A stretch of 64,000 bases of DNA from a candidate division FCPU426 bacterium. Its GTDB lineage: Bacteria > Oederibacteriota > Muellerivitia > Muellerivitales > Muellerivitaceae. Numbering within the stretch: position 1 is the stretch's first letter; the number at the start of each line of letters is the position of its first letter. Both the position numbers and the translations under genes were made by a program. The DNA is taken from assembly GCA_963771075.1 (NCBI GenBank), contig CAVYSE010000005.1, forward strand, positions 88,859 through 152,858, given 5' to 3'. The notes beneath the pieces are model-generated. The model was not told the DNA's origin. It was given only the letters and a program-made list of their open reading frames with translations, and searched no databases. Of this stretch, positions 1-9,452 are shown piece after piece.

Positions 1-657
1 CTTACGCCGACTCTCCGAGGGACACCGCAAGGCGGGGTGATCTCACCGCTGTTATCCAATGTTTACCTTCACTTGCTGGACAAGGTTTGGAATAAGAGGC
101 ACAGGAAACTGGGTAGGCTGGTGCGCTACGCCGACGATTTTGTGGTGTTGTGCGGAAGCCAAGCCCATGCGGAAAAGAGCCTGGAAGTCATCAAGGAATT
201 GATGGGACGACTAGGGCTTGAACTGCACCCCGAAAAGACACGGCTGGTGGAAATGGGGCCTGGGAAGGAAGGGTTTGACTTCCTTGGGTTCCACTTTCGA
301 GTAGGTATGCCGGTGGTAGGATTGGGTAAGACCTGTTGCCTGAGCTGGCCGAGCCGGAAGGCCATGAAGAAAATCGCCGAGAAAGTGAAGCAGATGACGG
401 CGGGCCGAGAGCGGCTCTTATCTCCAATGGAGGATGTAGCGAAGGCTTTGAACCCGGTGTTAAGGGGGTGGGCCAACTATTTCCGAATTGGGGACAGCCA
501 GCCATACTTTTCCAAGCTTCAATTTTACGTACTCGAAAGGCTGACTTTGTTTCGGAGGCATAAGTACGCCTGGGAAGGACGAACATGGTCGATCGAGGAA
601 GTGAAACGCCTTGGTTTGAACTGGATTCCAGCTTTTGCCTTGAATGCTGCCGGTTGA
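1..657 (+). CDS. ltrA: Group II intron reverse transcriptase/maturase, 5'-partial, no endonuclease domain
   Basis: Frame open from base 1: GTPQGGVISPLLSN, RYADDFVV, GFDFLGF, then domain X (LNPVLRGWANYF); stop at 657. Confidence 0.95.
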   Translation, partial: LTPTLRGTPQGGVISPLLSNVYLHLLDKVWNKRHRKLGRLVRYADDFVVLCGSQAHAEKSLEVIKELMGRLGLELHPEKTRLVEMGPGKEGFDFLGFHFRVGMPVVGLGKTCCLSWPSRKAMKKIAEKVKQMTAGRERLLSPMEDVAKALNPVLRGWANYFRIGDSQPYFSKLQFYVLERLTLFRRHKYAWEGRTWSIEEVKRLGLNWIPAFALNAAG

Positions 658-667
658 AAGGTTGTCG

Positions 668-813
668 GAAAGCCGTATGATCGAAAAGGTCACGTACGGT
701 TTGATGAGGGGGCGCTGGAAACGTGGTGATGAGAGCCGGACTGAGGCCCAATCCGAAAGGGTTGGATTCGCCACCGTACTCTAAGGCATACGCGCCAGCG
801 CTCTACTCTGCAC
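668..813 (+). ncRNA. Group II intron domains V and VI and 3' end
   Basis: AAGCCGTATGATCGAAAAGGTCACGTACGGTTT is DV with AGC triad; GAGGGGGCGCTGG...CCAGCGCTCTACTCT is the DVI stem with bulged A; exact 3' splice site uncertain (~811-813). Confidence 0.9.
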
Positions 814-837
814 CTTTTTTAGTGTTAAGGAGGTTTA

Positions 838-1455
838 ATGGTAGCCCAATTTCCCGATATTACCTTTGAAGGTCCGCTCATATCAGATCAAAATTTTCTA
901 AACGCTCTCCCTGAGGATTTAAAATCAATTCTCAAAATAAAAAATGGTTTTATCGCTTTTGCCGGTGGATTTCACATGAGAGGGATTTGCGAAGAACCTA
1001 GTTGGCATTCGTGAGAACTGTTTTGGACCGGTAAGCATTCCTTTTCGAAATTGTATTCTTCTATTCAAAAAGACGATGTACCTTTTGGACAAGATTGCTT
1101 GGGTGATCAGTTTATTTTAAGAAAGAACCAAGTATTACGTCTTAGGGGTGAATCGGGAGACATTGTAGATATGAAAATGGATTTATTAACTTTCTTGGAT
1201 GAAGCTGAATCAAATCCTTTTGATTTATTAGAACTAGCTCCTTTGAAGCGAATTCAAAACGAAGGAAAAAAACTGGAGCCCGGCCAATTAATTAATGTGT
1301 TTCCTCCCTTTATTACCGCAGAGAGCCGTAAAGGCGTTTCATTGAAGCCAATACCAACCGTCGAAAGAATCTTGTTTCTTTCCGATCTTGCTAAACAAAT
1401 TTCCAATATTTCTGACGGTACACAAGTTAAATTCAATATAAGCTCTAAGGGGTAG
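838..1455 (+). pseudogene. SMI1/KNR4 (SUKH)-like immunity protein with in-frame TGA
   Basis: AAGGAGG RBS and ATG at 838; ALPEDL..ILKIKNGFIAFAGGFH..WHS*ELFW..VPFGQDCLGDQF; TGA at 1012-1014 is in frame with ORF 1051-1455. Confidence 0.7.
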
Positions 1456-1471
1456 TTTGAGGGCTTAGCGA

Positions 1472-1501
1472 TTGTCCACGATGGGGACCCATCGTGAACA
1501 A
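1472..1501. repeat. ~30-bp intergenic palindrome, best copy of a family
   Basis: TTGTCCACGATGGG-GA-CCCATCGTGAACAA; relatives at 5317 (half), 7132, 9362, 11565, 13033, 13637, 15373. Confidence 0.8.
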
Positions 1502-1524
1502 GGGAATTATGAGGTTTGTAATAA

Positions 1525-1692
1525 ATGAATAGGTTAAAAAAGATATTAAAGATTTGTGGTTATGCTATCGGCACCTTATTGGTTCTTTTCTGTCTTGCGC
1601 GGTTTTGTCTATTCGAATTCATAAATGTCATAAACCCGAGAGTGATATTAGGGGAGATCGCCTCTCCGCAAAAGACTTATATATTCCGTTTT
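1525..1692 (+). pseudogene. 3'-truncated membrane-anchored hypothetical protein
   Basis: AT-rich ORF with N-terminal TM segment; AT-rich sequence ends at the stop codon of the convergent GC-rich gene (1693). Confidence 0.55.
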
Positions 1693-4600
1693 TTACCGGA
1701 CGACGAGCAGTTTCATGACTTTGTGGGTTTCCCGACTGCCGGTTCGTAAGACGAGGTCCACGTAATAAAGCCCGTTGGCGAGGTTCAAGCCCGCTTGGTT
1801 CCATTGGAGGGTGTAGAGGTGCTGGCCCGGCGACATAGGCAACGTGGCATCCTCGTAAATTTTCCGGAAAGAAACGGTGAAAAGCTTGGCCTTCACCTGG
1901 TCCACCGGCTGGTCCAGGTTGTAATAGAACCGTAAGGGTTGGTTATCTATCACCGGGTTAGGATAAAGAACGTCCACCGACGCGATGGTCGGCGTACCCG
2001 TGAGGGTCAGGGTGGGGGTTAAGCTCGGGGTGGGAGTGAGGGTAGGCGTCGGAGTGGGAGTCAGGGTGGGCGTTTGGGTGGAGGTGAGGGTAGGTGTCGG
2101 GGTGGGGGTGTCTGTCGGGGGGTTGGTGGGCACTAGGGTTTGGGTGGGGGTGAAGCTGGCCGTTCCCGTGGCCGTCCCCGTGGGGCTATAGGTGGGGGTG
2201 ACGATCCCCGCGGTCGTATAAAACCCGATCTGGTCGACCTGAAAATTGAAGGCGCCCGTCCCCTGGGTGAAAATCCAGATTCCGGTGCAATCCGTTCCCT
2301 GGTATGTCACCGGCAAGCCGGTTTGGCCGCTCCAGCCCGTTTGGCGAAACATGGAGGTAAAGGGCACCTGGTAAAAAGTCCACTGTCCCGGGGCCGGAGT
2401 GATTTGGATGCCGTAATAGTTGTAGTCGGTGACGGCCTGGCTGGACACGGTCACCCGGTAGGTGCGTCCGTCGCCGTAAAACCAAAATTCCAGCCCGAGG
2501 ACCCCGGAGCCGCTCAGGTTATAAGTCGGGGGGGCCACGCGGAACTCAGATTGCTGGTGTAGTTGACGTAGGAGGAATTGGGCGTGGTGCCGGCGCCGAT
2601 AACCCCCGTGAGCTTGGCCGCGTAGTGGGTTCCGGCCGCGCCGGACGATACTCCGTATTGGACGGTGATGCCGCTGGTGGCATCCGTGTAAGTGGCCCAG
2701 GTTCCGCCCCACAGGTTGGCGCGGGCGGGGGGACTCCGTCCCGGCTCAAGTCCTCGAAGTCATCCACCAGGGTGACCGGCCCCTCGTTGGGCGTGCAGGT
2801 AGGCGAGTGGGTGGGCGTTGGGGTGATGGTCGCCGTGAACCAGGTTCCCGTAGGCGTGGCCGTGAAGGTGGGGGTGGGCGTCGAAGTCAGGGTCGGCTGC
2901 CCCGAGTTGGTGAATCGCAGGACCGTGATGGAATAAGGCTGGAAGGTCACGGGGAAGGAGCCGGAAACGCCGGTCAAGGTCACGGCCGTGGGAGCGGTGT
3001 CCGGCGCGGCGTGGTAAGGCATTGCCCCGGTGTTCACCCATTGGTAGTTGGAGGAATCGAATGTCCAGCCGCTGGCGGTGCTGTTGGGCGTGAAAGGCAA
3101 CCCGGTGATCCGGGTGTTATAGGCATTCGCCGGGTCCTTGTTGACCACGGCCAGGGAGACGACGCCATCAGGCCGGTAATCCGAGTAGGCCGCGAACAAG
3201 GAAACGGGAACGCCGCCGACCGTTGTGGATAGGAGCTGGTGGTGGTTGGTATCGCCGGGAATGGCCCAATCGACGGCCATCATCCGCATGGCCCAATAGG
3301 AGGCATGGGGCTGGTACTGGTAGGCGCCGGAGGTACCGCACAGGTAACCCATATCCCCGCCCGCGGGGTTGGTGGCCGCGTCCTCGCCGAGCATGAACAC
3401 GGCGTAATAGTTGGCGCTGCCCCGGGCGCCAAAATCGGTGATGAGATGGCCCAAGCTGTCCGCCACCCAAAGGCCGTCCAACAGCTGCACCTGGCCATTC
3501 GCGTCAAAGGCATCCTCATTAAATTGGCTCACGAAAACGGGAATCGTGGCCCCTCCCGCGACACCGCTTAGCCAGGAATTCAGGCTGGCCGGATAGGCGT
3601 CCAGGGTGGAGGTGCTGGCCAGGGCCTGGGACGCCGTGTAAGTTCCGTAATTGGGGAACCAATGAAAATCGATCCCGTTGATGTAGCTGTCATCCCCCTT
3701 GGCGTGGAGAAAACCGATGAAATCCTGGACGTAGCCCTTCCCGTCGTACATGTTGGAATTATCGAAGAAGCTCCCGGACACCGGGCCCAGGACGAGAATG
3801 GACGGATCCACCGCCTTCATGGCTTCGTAATACTCGATATAGCGGCGCACGAAGTCCTCGGCGGGCAGGGGCCCGCCCGGTTCCCATTGGCCCTCGGTCT
3901 CGTTGCCAATCTCCCAGTATTTAATGTCATAACCCCGAACGATGTTGGCGTAATAAACCCAGGAGGCGGCCTCCTGGGCCGTGCCCGTTCCCAAATTCAC
4001 CGCGACCATGGGAATGGCGTGGGGACTGAAGGAATGGACGTATGTCATGTAGCGCTCGAAATCCAAGGGAGGGGTCCAACCCGTGTTAGGGCTGTTCCCC
4101 GGGTCGGTGCTGGAAACCTCGACCTGGGTTTGGCTGACGCCGGAGGAAGTGTTGACGGTCACTTGGGTGTCGGCGTCGTAAAGCATGACCTCCGCGATGG
4201 AATAGGCCCCACTGACCCCCGCCGAGCTGGCCGTCATGAGAATACGGTAATACCAGGATGAAACGGGGGGGAAGGTCACTCCCTGGGTTCCCGGCGTACC
4301 CGTGTAGGTGCCGATGGTCGCCCAATGGGATTCGGATTGCCCGCTGTAAAGGGGAAACGAACCAGCCGAGGTCCAATTTTGGATTTGGAACGAAGCCGCG
4401 TAGGGCGTTCCCCAGGCGATCGTGACGGCGTTGACCGTGACTTGACTGTTAAAATCCAGTTCGACCCATTGGTGGTTTGGAAAATCCGTGTCCACGTTGG
4501 AAAGCCAGGCGGTGGAGCTGTTCCCATCCGTGATGTTGGAGGGGAACCCGAACTGGGTATCGGTGCCGCTGTAAGTCTCAAGGCAATCGAAACCGGGGGA

Positions 4601-4927
4601 ATAGGTGGTCCCGCTGGGAATCCAGTAATGATGGGAGTCGTAGCTACCCGTGCCGTTCCAGTGATTGTAATCCGCGCCGGATCCGCCCGCGTAGCCCAGG
4701 AAGAAATTCCCCGCGCCCTGGACCAGGTTTTGGGTGTTCGTCACGTCGGTGGCGTTGTCATAATCCGCGATGTTATTTCCGAAGATGCTGATGGGGATAA
4801 AAGACGACACGGTGACGGCGGAGTTGATGGTGATCGTGGCCGGCAGGGCCTGGGCCATGGGAGGCATGAAGGCCGGGTAGGCCGCCGCGAAAGCCAGGAA
4901 GGTTAGGATCGGCTTTATGTTTTTCAG
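1693..4927 (-). CDS. Secreted clan GH-A-like glycoside hydrolase with F5/8 (CBM32-like) insert, CBM11/CIA30-like module, PT linkers and C-terminal sorting-like domain; two apparent frameshifts
   Basis: Signal peptide (start ~4927, uncertain), YWEIGNE motif, discoidin-like AW..QWVELDF, YPNP..GLYY..KLLVVR tail; frame is restored by adding one base at G6 2727-2732 and one at G7 2528-2534. Confidence 0.8.
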
Positions 4928-5507
4928 GTGGGACCATCCCTTTTGGCCAACACGGCGTTAAAAGGGCGCGAAAACGCTTTTTCCCGCGGCATCCTTCATA
5001 ATTATTAGATGCCGATTTTCGCGAAAGTGTCGCCGGAGAAGGGCTGTTTTCAAGGAATGGCGGGTTTCTTGGCCCAAGTCGGGGTTGGAGCCGTACAAAT
5101 AACCGGGAAAATAAACAAGATGGGATAAAAACCGAAGATTGTTATGAGGGTGTGAAATTTTCCTGCATATGGTTCTCGTTAAAAGGATGGTGTGCAACCA
5201 CGTACAACCAGCTCAACCAGAATTCCCCGGGCCTGGCCCCTTTGACTCTTTGAGCCCCTACGTCCCTGTGAAAAGTTTTAAATGTTGGCCCCTTTGACTC
5301 CAGTTCTCGACCCTACGGGACCCAACATGGACAACAAAAAACAGATCAAGGGGAATAGACCTCTTGGTTTTGCGCGAATAGGTATTACAGGTATTATAAT
5401 TTTTTCACCTGTTTCTATTGCCTTTGCAAGCCCCCATACTCTCCCGGCTAAACCTTGTCGAAAGATTTTGTTGGATCGAAGGTTTTAAATAGAAAAAAGG
5501 TCATGCC

Positions 5508-6173
5508 ATGAAACGCCGCCCCTTCGGTTTATTTTCCAACGATAAAATTTCATCGCTTTTAGCGGTTAGTTTCTGGCTGGTGTTGCTCCCCCATGGGGTC
5601 TTCGCCCAATCCAACGCGGATTGGCAGCAGATCAAGCGCAATTGCGGGCTTGATCCCGGCCTCGCTTACAACACCTGGGTCGCGCAAGGCATGCCTTGCA
5701 ACAACGGCGGCGGCGCTCAAGCCCAGCCGGTCGGCCCCTCCCCGGAACAAATTCGCCAAAACCAGCTTATCGCGGACGCGAGGGCTCTCAACCAAAAGGG
5801 CTTGGATGCCTTCGAAAGCAACGACTACGACGCCGCGCTCGGTTTTTTTCAACAGGCCTTGGATAAAACGCCCAACGATACGGGGATTCAGCAAAACCTC
5901 CAAAACGCCCAGAATAAAATCGACGAAAGGAATAAGTTCAATCAAAACAAGCAGGATGCCCTCAATGATCTCAAGGACCCTTCCGGCGCGAATGGCGGGA
6001 ATTCGGACACCGGCTTGAAAGACGCGGTGTCGGATCAAGGCGACTCCTCGGCGGACGGTCAAGGCCTCAAGGACATCCATGTTGATGCGGTCAAACAGGC
6101 GGACCAAGTCCATCAAGATCCCGATGCGTTTAGAACAACGGGGTCAGGTCTTCATTTTATAATAACTTTGTGA
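5508..6173 (+). CDS. Secreted TPR-containing protein, probably 3'-truncated
   Basis: Signal peptide (..VFA-Q), TPR LNQKGLDAF..ALGFFQQAL..P; last residues are read from the GGGGTCAGG repeat at 6140. Confidence 0.65.
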   Translation: MKRRPFGLFSNDKISSLLAVSFWLVLLPHGVFAQSNADWQQIKRNCGLDPGLAYNTWVAQGMPCNNGGGAQAQPVGPSPEQIRQNQLIADARALNQKGLDAFESNDYDAALGFFQQALDKTPNDTGIQQNLQNAQNKIDERNKFNQNKQDALNDLKDPSGANGGNSDTGLKDAVSDQGDSSADGQGLKDIHVDAVKQADQVHQDPDAFRTTGSGLHFIITL

Positions 6174-6185
6174 TAAGATCCGCAA

Positions 6186-6760
6186 ATGGCTAGACCGTTA
6201 AGAGTGCATTATGAAGGCGCTGTTTATCACGTTACCTCGCGGGGGAACGAGCGGAAAAACATTGTCCGGTCGGATAAGGACCGGGAATTGTTTTTGTGGG
6301 TATTGGCCCAAGTCGTGGAGGATCATCATGTGATGTGCCATGCCTGGGTATTGATGGATAATCATTACCACTTGTTGGTGGAGACGCCGGAAGCCAACTT
6401 GTCACGGGCCATACGGCACCTGAATGGTGTTTATACCCAGAAATTCAATCGGCGGAATAACCGCAGAAAAAGGGGCCAGGCCTACATATTACACTTTACG
6501 TGAAACGCGTCTATCTTGAGGAGGGTCGGGAAGGTGTATGGGGAAAAGCCGGAGGAGGTATTGAGGGCGGGGCGCAGGAAAAGCGTGGCGCGGGCGGTGG
6601 CGATTTACCTGCTCAAGAAGGAATCGGGTTTGAGCCTGGGGGAAATCGGAAAAAGGATGGAGGTCGGTTTTTCGGCGGTGGGGAACCAATGGTCGAAGAT
6701 CAAAAAAAGCTGTCCGAGGACCCTGAATTTGGCCGGATGGTTCTAAAGTGTAAAATGTAG
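6186..6760 (+). pseudogene. RAYT/Y1 HUH transposase, internally deleted: N-terminal HUH part plus C-terminal HTH
   Basis: MARPLR..YHVTSRGN..MDNHYHLLVETP..YTQKFNRR breaks at repeat 6471; 6500-6760 has AR.VAIYL..SLGEIGKRM..SAV (DnaA-C-like HTH) with a frameshift at A7 6702-6708. Confidence 0.85.
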
Positions 6761-6771
6761 GCCTGGCCCCT
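6471..6771. repeat. 28-bp inverted repeats flanking the RAYT C-terminal fragment
   Basis: AGGGGCCAGGCCTACATATTACACTTTA ... TAAAGTGTAAAATGTAGGCCTGGCCCCT, one mismatch. Confidence 0.9.
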
Positions 6772-6986
6772 ATGTTACACGGAACCCGTCACCACCCAAA
6801 AACCCGCGGGGCTCGTGATTGACCTCTCCCGTGAGCCGGAGTCGAAGGGGCTTGTGACCGGGGTGAGGGAAATGGTTTTTCCGGGGAAAAAGGGTAACCC
6901 GTAAAACAATTTTTTAAGCACTTCAAGAAAAGATCCAATTACAAAGAAATAATTTTTATGCTCTTGCCTGCTCATGGCGGCGGCTC

Positions 6987-7145
6987 CGAAAACGACCCCT
7001 TCAACCCGCCCCGCAGGGCGGTACGGCTGGTCGCGCCGTGAGGGAAGCGGTTGTTTTAGCGGCCAAACTAGGGTGACCACTAAATCGGGGGAAGTCCACA
7101 CGACTAAAGGGGTAAAATAGCCGTTATCGGGTTGTCTACGATGGG
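6987..7145 (+). repeat. ~159-bp direct repeat copy 1, containing an IS3-like right end
   Basis: Near-identical to 9217-9375; contains GTGACCACTAAATCGGGGGAAGTCCA. Confidence 0.85.
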
Positions 7146-7283
7146 GACCCGAAGTGGACAATCCACTAAGTGAACAAAAGGCCAAAATCCTTTCTTTCCT
7201 TCAATATTGAAACGACCTCCCTTTAAAGAATTATTTCCAAAAAAAGACTTGCAAAACATTACACCATAAGGTGCAATATAGGC

Positions 7284-7613
7284 ATGGATCACCTGACGGA
7301 TGTTCTGGCAGCCCTTTCCCACCCCACCCGGCGGACAATCCTCCAGCAGCTCGCCAAGGGGCCGGCCCGTTTTTTGGATGTGGCCAAGCCCTTTGACACG
7401 GCGCTGAATTCGGTGACAAAACACCTGAAACTCCTGGAAAGGGCCGGGCTCATCGAGCGCCGGAAACAGGGCAGGGAAGTGTTCATCTCGTTACGGGCGG
7501 AGCCCCTTCGGGAGGTGGCGGGCTGGGTGGATGGGTACGAGCGGTTCTGGAACGAGCGCCTGGACCGGTTCGAGAAGCATTTTAAGGATAAGAAAAAGGG
7601 GAGGAAGCGATGA
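7284..7613 (+). CDS. ArsR/SmtB-family transcriptional regulator
   Basis: ALSHPTRRTIL..VTKHLKLLERAGLI..KQGRE..FWNERLDRF; upstream palindrome TTACACCATAAGGTGCAA. Confidence 0.93.
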   Translation: MDHLTDVLAALSHPTRRTILQQLAKGPARFLDVAKPFDTALNSVTKHLKLLERAGLIERRKQGREVFISLRAEPLREVAGWVDGYERFWNERLDRFEKHFKDKKKGRKR

Positions 7614-8074
7614 AAAATACAGCGAAGACTCTGGAGCTTAAATTTGAGCGAGTGATCCCGGCGCCTCCGGGCGAGGTGTTCGACGGGTGGCTGGATCCCA
7701 AAACTCCGGGCACGCCCTGGAACGAGAATGACAAGTTGATCTTGAATCCTAAGGTCGACGGGTTCTTTTACTGGCTCATCCACGGGACCTCCCATTACGG
7801 GCGTTTCACGAAAATCGAGCGGCCGGGTCGCGTCCAGCACACCTGGATGTCCCGGTACACCTCCGGGGAAGAATCGACGGTCACGGTGACCTTCAAGAAA
7901 AAGGGAAAAGACACCTTGATGACGCTTTTACATTCCGGACTGCCCGACAACGAGAAGTCAAAAGCCCACAAGGACGGCTGGAATTATTTCCTCGATAAAT
8001 TGGTGAAAACTTTTTCCGGCGGTTCGCCGGAAGGCGTTCAGGAACCTAAGGGGTGGCGAGGCCGGAAGAAATAA
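7610..8074 (+). CDS. SRPBCC/AHSA1-domain protein
   Basis: FERVIPAPPGEVFDGWLDP..HKDGWNYFLDKL; ATGA overlap with the ArsR gene. Confidence 0.9.
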   Translation: MKNTAKTLELKFERVIPAPPGEVFDGWLDPKTPGTPWNENDKLILNPKVDGFFYWLIHGTSHYGRFTKIERPGRVQHTWMSRYTSGEESTVTVTFKKKGKDTLMTLLHSGLPDNEKSKAHKDGWNYFLDKLVKTFSGGSPEGVQEPKGWRGRKK

Positions 8075-8110
8075 GGCGCCGGGGCTTAAAACGACAAGGG
8101 GAGGAAAACC

Positions 8111-8587
8111 ATGGCTACATCGACCTTTGCCTACGTGACCTATATCCGCGTCACGCCGGAAAAGCTGTGGGCGGCGCTGACCGACCCGGAAACCATGAGG
8201 CAATACTGGTTCGGCGCCCGGTGCGAAAGCCGGTTTACGGCGGGGGCCCCCTGGAAGCTGGTGTATCCGGACGGCCGCGCCACCGACGCCGGCGAGATCG
8301 CCGAGGCCGAGCCGCCGCGCAGGCTGGCGATCCGCTGGCGGCACCTGGACAAGATGGAGTTCAAGGCCGAGGGCGAGTCGCTTTGCGTGATGGAGCTGGA
8401 AGGGGGCGGCGGGGCGGTCCGGCTCACGGTCACCCACAGCCTGGAGCGCGAAAACTCAAAATTCATCGCGGCGGTTTCCGCCGCCTGGCCGATGGTCCTC
8501 TCGAACCTGAAGTCCCTACTGGAGACCGGCTCCATCGTTCTGCTCAGTCCCTTTCCTGTGGGGAACGATCCCCTGAAAATCAGTTAA
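8111..8587 (+). CDS. SRPBCC/AHSA1-domain protein
   Basis: YVTYIRVTPEKLWAALTDPE..WPMVLSNLKSLLETG. Confidence 0.92.
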   Translation: MATSTFAYVTYIRVTPEKLWAALTDPETMRQYWFGARCESRFTAGAPWKLVYPDGRATDAGEIAEAEPPRRLAIRWRHLDKMEFKAEGESLCVMELEGGGGAVRLTVTHSLERENSKFIAAVSAAWPMVLSNLKSLLETGSIVLLSPFPVGNDPLKIS

Positions 8588-8588
8588 C

Positions 8589-8677
8589 AGCTCTCAGCTC
8601 GTAGTCGACGGTTGACAGTCCGTAGGTTCAGCCTTAAGACAAACTGCCAACTGCCGACTGTCGACCGTGGACTGCCT
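8589..8677. repeat. Inverted heptamer-periodic repeat between convergent genes
   Basis: AGTCGAC-GGTTGAC-AGTC pairs with GACTGTCG-ACCGTGG-ACT; right arm reads ACTGCCA ACTGCCG ACTGTCG ACCGTGG ACTGCCT. Confidence 0.6.
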
Positions 8678-8694
8678 ATTGTGGCCTACTGTTT

Positions 8695-9030
8695 TTAGAA
8701 AGGACTCAGCACGAGCCTCCCATAGGCCACGAACAAGGCCAAAAGGGCGGGCAACCCAGCCCAGAGAATGCCCGGAAACTTGACACCGGTCATCATGGAG
8801 ACCAACACCGTTTCAACGGCCACGCCGACAGCCGCAATGGGTGTTAGTTTGGGCAAGACCTTCATCGCGCCAGGCAAGACCAGACCCAACGCGAACAGGG
8901 CCTGGAGCAGGCCCAGGGCCACCCAGGCGGGCTTGGGCATCAATTTCAACCAGACGGGTGGGACCTTGGATACCATCCAGCTCCCGCCCATTAAATAGTA
9001 CAAACCCAGCAATATTTGAAGAACCCATAG
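8695..9030 (-). pseudogene. DoxX-like membrane protein with 5' end replaced by a RAYT-type repeat
   Basis: LWVLQILLGL..LGLVLP..LTPIAAVG..FVAYGR; upstream sequence is GGGGCCAGG repeats at 9029 and 9050. Confidence 0.7.
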
Positions 9031-9049
9031 GGGCCAGGGCAAAAAACAA

Positions 9050-9212
9050 AGGGCCAGGCCAACATTTAACACTTTGCGATCCTTCGAGTGAGTTCTTTTC
9101 CTCTCCCATCCTTTTTTTCATTACCAGCCATCGATTTCCCACCGCGCTGGCCCCAATCCCCATTTGAGCTCCTACGTCCCTGTGAAAAGTGTTAAATGTT
9201 GGCCTGGCCCCT
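9050..9212 (-). mobile_element. Second RAYT C-terminal remnant between inverted repeats
   Basis: AGGGCCAGGCCAACATTTAACACTTT ... AAAGTGTTAAATGTTGGCCTGGCCCCT; interior reads DVGAQMGIGASAVGNRW..KK, homologous to EIGKRMEVGFSAVGNQW..KK at ~6640-6708. Confidence 0.8.
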
Positions 9213-9216
9213 GATA

Positions 9217-9375
9217 CGAAAACGACCCCTTCAACCCGCCCCGCAGGGCGGTACGGCTGGTCGCGCCGTGAGGGAAGCGGTTGTTTTAGCGGCCAAACTA
9301 GGGTGACCACTAAATCGGGGAAGTCCACATGACCAAAGGGGGTAAAATAGCCGTTATCGGGTTGTCTACGATGGG
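9217..9375 (+). repeat. ~159-bp direct repeat copy 2
   Basis: Matches 6987-7145 with a few differences. Confidence 0.85.
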
Positions 9376-9409
9376 CCATGTAGCTAAGCGCAAGCGCATG
9401 CTACATGGC
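9375..9409. repeat. 35-bp hairpin element, identical copies at 13651-13685 and 15386-15420
   Basis: GCCATGTAGC-TAAGCGCAAGCGCAT-GCTACATGGC, perfect 10-bp stem. Confidence 0.95.
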
Positions 9410-9452
9410 GGGGATCCATCGTGGATAGGGCAAATGTGCAATTAATTGAATG

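Noticed and set aside
1..813. DGR, retron or defence RT
   Set aside because: GTPQGG/YADD plus domain X and adjoining DV/DVI identify an ordinary group II intron; no template/variable repeat pair was seen.
1012..1014. Selenocysteine or alternative genetic code
   Set aside because: TGA ends many intact genes in the window; no Cys-equivalent context or evident SECIS.
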